Source of the DNA: Gemmatimonadales bacterium
GTDB taxonomy: Bacteria; Gemmatimonadota; Gemmatimonadetes; Gemmatimonadales; GWC2-71-9
DNA: 47,961 bases
NCBI GenBank assembly: GCA_035456525.1
Contig: DATICZ010000026.1
Coordinates: 1-47,961 of the forward strand
Reading direction: 5' to 3'
Shown here: positions 43,456 through 47,961 of the stretch, piece after piece
How the letters are laid out: every line of letters begins with the position of its first letter
How positions within the stretch are numbered: the first letter of the stretch is position 1
The notes under the pieces: model-generated
Databases searched by the model: none
What the model saw: the letters and a program-made list of their open reading frames with translations, nothing else
What the model was told of the DNA's origin: nothing
Position numbers and translations under genes: made by a program

Positions 43456-44303
43456 CGGCTGACAGCTGACGTCTGACGGCTCATGACGTCTCTCAAGGCG
43501 TCTCCCGCCAACGTGCACCCAACCACCACGACCACCAGCATCCCACCCGGCGCGGCCGCGACCCAGGGCGCATTGACCAGGGTATCGCGCCCCGAGGCGA
43601 TCATGTTGCCCCAGGAGGCCGTGGGCGGTTGCACGCCGAGCCCGAGGTAGGAGAGCCCGGCCTCGAGCAGGATCGCGTTGCCGACGCCGAGCGCGGCGGC
43701 GACGATCACGGGCGTCAGAGCGTTGGGGAGCACGTGACGCCACAACACCTGCAGGGGACGCACCCCCAGGCTCCGGGCGCCCTCCACAAAGGGCCGCACC
43801 GCGAGCGCGCGTACCTCGCCGTGCACGAGGCGGGCGACCGGCATCCATCCCGTGGCGGCCAGCAGCAGCACGACGAGCAGCGCGCTGGGTTGCCACAGCG
43901 CCGCCAGGAGCAGCAGCAGGACGACGCGGGGCAACGCCAGGGCGAAATCGGTCACGCCCAGAAGCAGCGTGCTTGGCCAGCCGCGCCACCAGCCGGAGAG
44001 ACCGCCGATCGCCACGCCGACCGCGACCGACAGCAGGACGGACAGGAATCCCACGGCGAGGGAAATGCGGGCGCCGTACACGAGTCGCGTCCACACGTCG
44101 CGGCCGAAGCGGTCGGTGCCGAGCAGGTGCAGGGTGCCGTGCACGTCGCGCGCCAGGGGCCCGAGGAAACGGGTCGCGATGATATCGCCGGGTGCGTTGG
44201 GGTCACCGCTCGTGACGAGGGGCGCCGCCAGGGCCAGAGCGGCCACGCCGGCGAGCAGGGTGAGTCCGACCGTGAGGCGCCGATCCTGCAGGGCGATGTT
44301 CAC
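43437..44303 (-). CDS. peptide/nickel ABC transporter permease (DppC/OppC-like)
   Basis: 288 aa. N-terminal LTVGLTLLAGVAALALAAPLV...DPN, six TM segments, and GRDVWTRLVYGARISL. Confidence 0.85.
   Translation of the reverse strand: MNIALQDRRLTVGLTLLAGVAALALAAPLVTSGDPNAPGDIIATRFLGPLARDVHGTLHLLGTDRFGRDVWTRLVYGARISLAVGFLSVLLSVAVGVAIGGLSGWWRGWPSTLLLGVTDFALALPRVVLLLLLAALWQPSALLVVLLLAATGWMPVARLVHGEVRALAVRPFVEGARSLGVRPLQVLWRHVLPNALTPVIVAAALGVGNAILLEAGLSYLGLGVQPPTASWGNMIASGRDTLVNAPWVAAAPGGMLVVVVVGCTLAGDALRDVMSRQTSAVSRQPSGS
43451..43478. repeat. heptanucleotide tandem repeat (G/T)CTGAC(G/A) x4 plus a degenerate fifth unit
   Basis: GCTGACG GCTGACA GCTGACG TCTGACG (GCTCATG). It spans the esterase stop codon and encodes the tail (MSRQTSAVSRQP) of the convergent permease. 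Confidence 0.8.
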
Positions 44304-45283
44304 TAGGGAAGCGCCGCCTCGGCGGCGCGCAGGCGCGGGTCCACGAGTCCGGCCGCCACATCGGCGAGCAGGTTGCCGGCCACGACGAGCAGGGCGCTGA
44401 TGGCGGTCGCCGCCATTACGACGGGGTAGTCACGCGCCTGCACCGCTTCGACGAGCACGCGTCCGACGCCCGGCCAGGCGAAGACCGCTTCCACGAAGAC
44501 CGCGCCTGAAAACAGCGCCGGCAGGGACAACCCCAGCAGCGTGACCACGGGAATCAACGCGTGCCGCAGCGCGTGGTGTACCATCACGGCCGAGTCCCTG
44601 AGTCCCTTGGCACGTGCGGTGACGACGAATGGCTGCTCCAGCGCGTCGAGCAGAGCGCCGCGCACGAAGCGGGCCGCCGCGCCGATGCCGATCAGCGTCA
44701 GCGTCGCGAGCGGCAAGGCCAGATGACGCGCGCCGTCCGCGAACCGGGCCCAGCCGCTCAAGTAGTCGGCATCGTAGCCCGAGGCGCCGAAGGCGGGGAG
44801 CACCCGCAGCAGATAGGTGAACACCGTCACGAGCATCAGGCCGAGCCAGTAGCCGGGTAGCGCGACGAGCGTGACGCTCACCACCGAGAGCGCGGTGTCC
44901 AGCCGGCGCCGATGCCGCGCCGCCTGGACGGCGCCGACCACGAGTCCCAAGCCATAGCTCAGCAGCAGCGACAGCACCACCAGCCGGACGGTCGCGGGCC
45001 AGGCCGCAGCGATCATCGCGCGCACCGGCCGGCCGGTGGCGAAGCTCGTGCCCCAGTCGCCGCGGACGAAGCGCCCGAGCCACGCGCCGTACTGCACGAA
45101 CAGGGGACGGTCGAGACCCAGTGCATGCCGGCCGGCGGCCAGCTGCTCCTCGGTGGCGGTGGGACCGAGCAGCAGCCCGGTGGGGTCGCCCGGTGCCGCA
45201 TGCAGCAGCAGAAAGGTGAGCGTCACGACCCCCGCCACCACGGCGAATCCGGCCAGTGCACGGCGGGCGAGCATGCGCTGCAT
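44303..45283 (-). CDS. peptide/nickel ABC transporter permease (DppB/OppB-like)
   Basis: Met417 of ORF 44303..46531. MQRMLARRALAGFAVVAGVVTLTFLLLHAAPGDP is a typical DppB N-terminus. 326 aa. Its stop overlaps the next start by 1 nt. Confidence 0.85.
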   Translation of the reverse strand: MQRMLARRALAGFAVVAGVVTLTFLLLHAAPGDPTGLLLGPTATEEQLAAGRHALGLDRPLFVQYGAWLGRFVRGDWGTSFATGRPVRAMIAAAWPATVRLVVLSLLLSYGLGLVVGAVQAARHRRRLDTALSVVSVTLVALPGYWLGLMLVTVFTYLLRVLPAFGASGYDADYLSGWARFADGARHLALPLATLTLIGIGAAARFVRGALLDALEQPFVVTARAKGLRDSAVMVHHALRHALIPVVTLLGLSLPALFSGAVFVEAVFAWPGVGRVLVEAVQARDYPVVMAATAISALLVVAGNLLADVAAGLVDPRLRAAEAALP

Positions 45284-45340
45284 GCCGCAATCTCGCGCGG
45301 CCGGGCGGGCGCCGCTAGAATCCTGCGCGTGACGCGGCGG

Positions 45341-46783
45341 ATGAATCGAACGCTGTGCTGGCTCGGCGTCGTGTGGACGGGGGCGTGCGGGGGCGCCGCC
45401 GGCACCGCGGCGCGCCGTGGGGCGACCGTGCTGTACGCGGCCGGCGCCGACCTGGTGAGCATCAATCCGCTGCTCACGGACCATCCGCTCGCCAGGCAAG
45501 TCCAACGCTACGTGCTGCTCACGACGCTCGTGCGCTACGACTCGACGCTCACGCTGCAGCCCTACCTCGCGCGACGTTGGGATTGGTCGGCCGATCGCAC
45601 GACGCTGACCCTTACGTTGTTCGCGGGGCTCCCCTGGGACGACGGCCGGCCCACGACGGCGCGCGACGTCGCCTGGACGCTCGAGACGGCTCGAGACCCG
45701 GCGACCGGCTATCCGCGTCTCACGGATCTCTTGGCCGTGACCGACGTGCGCGCACCCGATGACACCACCGTCATCGTCCGCTTCCGCACTCCACAGCGGG
45801 GGTTCCCCGACGTCTTCGCCGATCTGGCGATCCTGCCGGCCCATCTGCTCGAGCGCGAGCCGCACGCGCAGCTGCGCCAGGCGGCCTGGAACAAGCGCCC
45901 GGTGGGAAACGGGCCGTTCCGCTTCGTGCTGCACGAGCCGCATCGTCGCTGGGTGTTCACGCGCAACTCCGCGTTCCCCGCCGCGCTCGGTGGCCCGCCC
46001 CGGCTCGAGCGTTTCATCGTGGTGGTCGTGGACGAGCCGATGACCAAGCTCGCCGCTCTGACCGCGGGGGAGCTCGATTTCGCCGGGATCAACCCGGCCC
46101 ACGCGGAGTTCGTGCGGCGCGATCCGGATCTGACCGTTCTCAGCTATCCGCAGATCTTCGTGTACGGCCTGGTCTTCAACACCAGGCGCCCGCCGTTCGA
46201 CGACGAGACCATCCGCCGCGCCGCCGCCCTCGCCATCGACCGGAACGAGATCGTGCAGGGGTTTCTCTTCGGATTCGGCGAGCCCGCCGGGAGCCCCGTG
46301 CCCCCCTTCGTGCCGGGCTACGTCCCGGTGCCGCCCGTGCCGTTCGCGCCCGATTCCGCCCGCCGCCTGCTCTCGGGCCGCCATCCGCAGGTCGTGCTGC
46401 TGACCGTCGGCAGCGGCGAAGCGGCGCTCGAGCAGCTGTTGCAGGCGCGGCTCGCCGCGGTCGGGTTCGACGTGACCATCCGCCAGCTCGAGCTGTCGGC
46501 CTTTCACGCGCGCGTGTACGGCCCGCGCCACGATTTCACGGCGGCCGTGATGGGGATCCCGGGCGATCCGGGTCTCGGCTACCTCGCCCTGATCGGCGAC
46601 ATTTCCGGCGTCGCATCACCGGCGGATCCCGCCGCCGCCCAGCGCGCGCTCGTCGAGCGTCAAGCCGCGGCCTGGCTCTACGTCGCGCGGGGAGGGGCAG
46701 GGATGAACCGGCGGGTGCGCGGCGTCACCATGGACATGCGCGGCGACTTGGTCAGCGTGGCCCGCTGGTGGACGGCGCCGTGA
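45341..46783 (+). CDS. ABC transporter substrate-binding lipoprotein, family 5 (peptide/nickel)
   Basis: Met144 of ORF 44912..46783. Lipobox WTGACGG. DLVSINPLLTDHP...WDDGRPTTARDVAWTLE...GNGPFRF. It is divergent from the two permease genes. Confidence 0.8.
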   Translation: MNRTLCWLGVVWTGACGGAAGTAARRGATVLYAAGADLVSINPLLTDHPLARQVQRYVLLTTLVRYDSTLTLQPYLARRWDWSADRTTLTLTLFAGLPWDDGRPTTARDVAWTLETARDPATGYPRLTDLLAVTDVRAPDDTTVIVRFRTPQRGFPDVFADLAILPAHLLEREPHAQLRQAAWNKRPVGNGPFRFVLHEPHRRWVFTRNSAFPAALGGPPRLERFIVVVVDEPMTKLAALTAGELDFAGINPAHAEFVRRDPDLTVLSYPQIFVYGLVFNTRRPPFDDETIRRAAALAIDRNEIVQGFLFGFGEPAGSPVPPFVPGYVPVPPVPFAPDSARRLLSGRHPQVVLLTVGSGEAALEQLLQARLAAVGFDVTIRQLELSAFHARVYGPRHDFTAAVMGIPGDPGLGYLALIGDISGVASPADPAAAQRALVERQAAAWLYVARGGAGMNRRVRGVTMDMRGDLVSVARWWTAP

Positions 46784-47793
46784 GACGCCGCGATCTCCCC
46801 ACCGCGTTCCGCGCCACCGCCCCGGTGCGCCTCGATTTCGCCGGCGGATGGACCGACGTGCCGCCGTTCTCTTCCCGCGCCGGAGGCGTGGTGGTCAACG
46901 CGGCGCTCGCCCTCCATGTGACGGCCGAGCTGCGGCTCGGCGGGTCTCTCGTACGGCTGGTGTCTCACGATCTCGCCGAGACGGTGGAGTGCACCAACTC
47001 GGGCGGTCTCGTCCTGGACGGCCGGTTGAATCTCCTCAAGGCCGCGTTGCGCATGTTCCCGGTACAGGGAGCCCTGACGCTCGAGACGCGCTCGGAAGTG
47101 CCCCCCGGCTCCGGCCTAGGCAGCTCCGGCGCGCTCGACGTCGCGCTCGTGTCGTGTCTCGTCGCCGCGCGTTCCGAGCGGATCGATGCCCGCGAGCTGG
47201 CCGAGCAGGCCTGGCGGCTGGAGGCGCACGAGGCGGGGATCCCTGGCGGTCGGCAGGACCAGCTGGCGGCCGCGCTGGGCGGATTTCACCGGTTGAGTTT
47301 CCGCGACCCCGACGTCGGCATCGAGCCGATCACGCTCGACGCGGCGTTCGCCGCCGCGCTGGAGCAGCAGCTGGTATTGTGCTACACGGGCCGCTCGCGG
47401 CTCTCGGGCGATACCATCGCACGCGTGATGAGCGCCTACGAGCGCGGCGACCGGACGGTGACCGGCGCGCTCGAGGCCATGAAAGACATCGCCCTGGCGA
47501 TGGCGGAAGCGCTGCGGGAGGCTGACCTTGCCAGGGTGGGGGCGCTGCTCTCGCAGAACTGGACACGACAACAGGAGCTCGATCCGGGGATGCGGACCGA
47601 CGACATGACTCGCCTCGAGGGCGTCATGCGCGACGCGAGGGTGCTGGGGGGCAAGGCGGCGGGTGCGGGCGCCGGCGGCTGCATGTTCTTTCTGGCGCCG
47701 AGTGGGCGGGCGCAGCCGTTCGAAGCGGCGCGGGAGGCGGGCGCGACGGTCCTCCCGGTGCGGTGGGCCTGGGAAGGAGGACGCGCATGGTGA
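46768..47793 (+). CDS. GHMP-family sugar kinase (heptose-phosphate kinase / fucokinase-like)
   Basis: APVRLDFAGGWTDVPPF and the GHMP motif PPGSGLGSSGA. The likely real start is the GTG at 46780, which overlaps the SBP stop (GTGA). Confidence 0.8.
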   Translation: MDGAVRRRDLPTAFRATAPVRLDFAGGWTDVPPFSSRAGGVVVNAALALHVTAELRLGGSLVRLVSHDLAETVECTNSGGLVLDGRLNLLKAALRMFPVQGALTLETRSEVPPGSGLGSSGALDVALVSCLVAARSERIDARELAEQAWRLEAHEAGIPGGRQDQLAAALGGFHRLSFRDPDVGIEPITLDAAFAAALEQQLVLCYTGRSRLSGDTIARVMSAYERGDRTVTGALEAMKDIALAMAEALREADLARVGALLSQNWTRQQELDPGMRTDDMTRLEGVMRDARVLGGKAAGAGAGGCMFFLAPSGRAQPFEAAREAGATVLPVRWAWEGGRAW

Positions 47794-47961
47794 CGGCGGA
47801 GCAGCTCGCGGCGCGCCGTCACGCGATCGTGGCGTCCCCCGACCTCGCCAGGCTGGCCGACCACCTCAGCCGGCGCAACGCGCCCGTACTCGAGCGGATG
47901 CCGCCCGTGCCGGAGGTGAAGGCGTTGCTGTCGGTGGATGGAGGGCGCTGTCCGGCCGATG
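47787..47961 (+). CDS. hypothetical protein, N-terminal fragment (continues beyond window)
   Basis: The ATG overlaps the GHMP kinase stop (ATGGTGA). It is open to the window end: MVTAEQLAARRHAIVASPDLARLADHLSRRNAPVLERMPPVPEVKALLSVDGGRCPAD. Codon usage looks gene-like. Confidence 0.4.
   Translation, partial: MVTAEQLAARRHAIVASPDLARLADHLSRRNAPVLERMPPVPEVKALLSVDGGRCPAD

Noticed and set aside
43451-43478. Heptamer array as a CRISPR or a mobile-element end
   Set aside because: The units are only 7 nt, directly tandem with no spacers. There are no cas genes or terminal inverted repeats nearby.
1-47961. Search for tRNA, rRNA, CRISPR arrays, integrases/transposases, prophage or toxin-antitoxin pairs
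   Set aside because: No intergenic region except 31336..31632 is long enough, and that one lacks tRNA-like T-arm or acceptor features. No recombinase-like ORF was recognised in any frame. G+C looks uniform apart from that spacer, so I see no evidence that any block is a recent mobile insertion.

Overview
Very high-G+C bacterial chromosomal segment. The six-frame track is full of long shadow ORFs, so I picked real genes by catalytic motifs, signal peptides, SD/start context and stop-start coupling. I call about 38 CDS. I saw no rRNA, tRNA, CRISPR array, integrase or transposase. Left to right: a partial acyl-CoA dehydrogenase (-); a secreted amidohydrolase and a PIG-L deacetylase; an Fe(3+)/thiamine-type ABC importer (SBP, ATPase, fused permease) plus an MFS pump; a Met-rich lipoprotein; a minus-strand heavy-metal RND operon (Cys/His-rich secreted protein, 2-TM protein, cusC/cusB/cusA-like, patatin); a PafA-like phosphatase; a coiled-coil protein coupled to an ABC-2 exporter; and an ACT protein. 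The most unusual block is 21.9-31.3 kb. It holds a DUF457/YdjM-like membrane hydrolase, a soluble tandem pseudokinase-kinase and a 1385-aa membrane-spanning SARP/BTAD + P-loop regulator with a PD40/Big2/LamG-like periplasmic part. These face an FHA-FHA-TM-coiled-coil-trypsin-like protease, and the spacer between them carries an Arg-rich micro-ORF with an internal duplication. The second unusual block is 31.3-36.2 kb. An AT-rich leader with a near-consensus sigma-54 promoter precedes two DUF4402-like secreted subunits, a PapD-like chaperone and a large usher-like outer-membrane protein. After that come a hybrid sensor kinase, pgi-GH38-esterase, peptide ABC genes, a GHMP kinase and a partial ORF. 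All family calls come from motif recognition by eye and need HMM or structure confirmation. CDS coordinates are anchored on the supplied ORF track. Short non-coding motifs were counted by hand and may be off by 1-2 nt.
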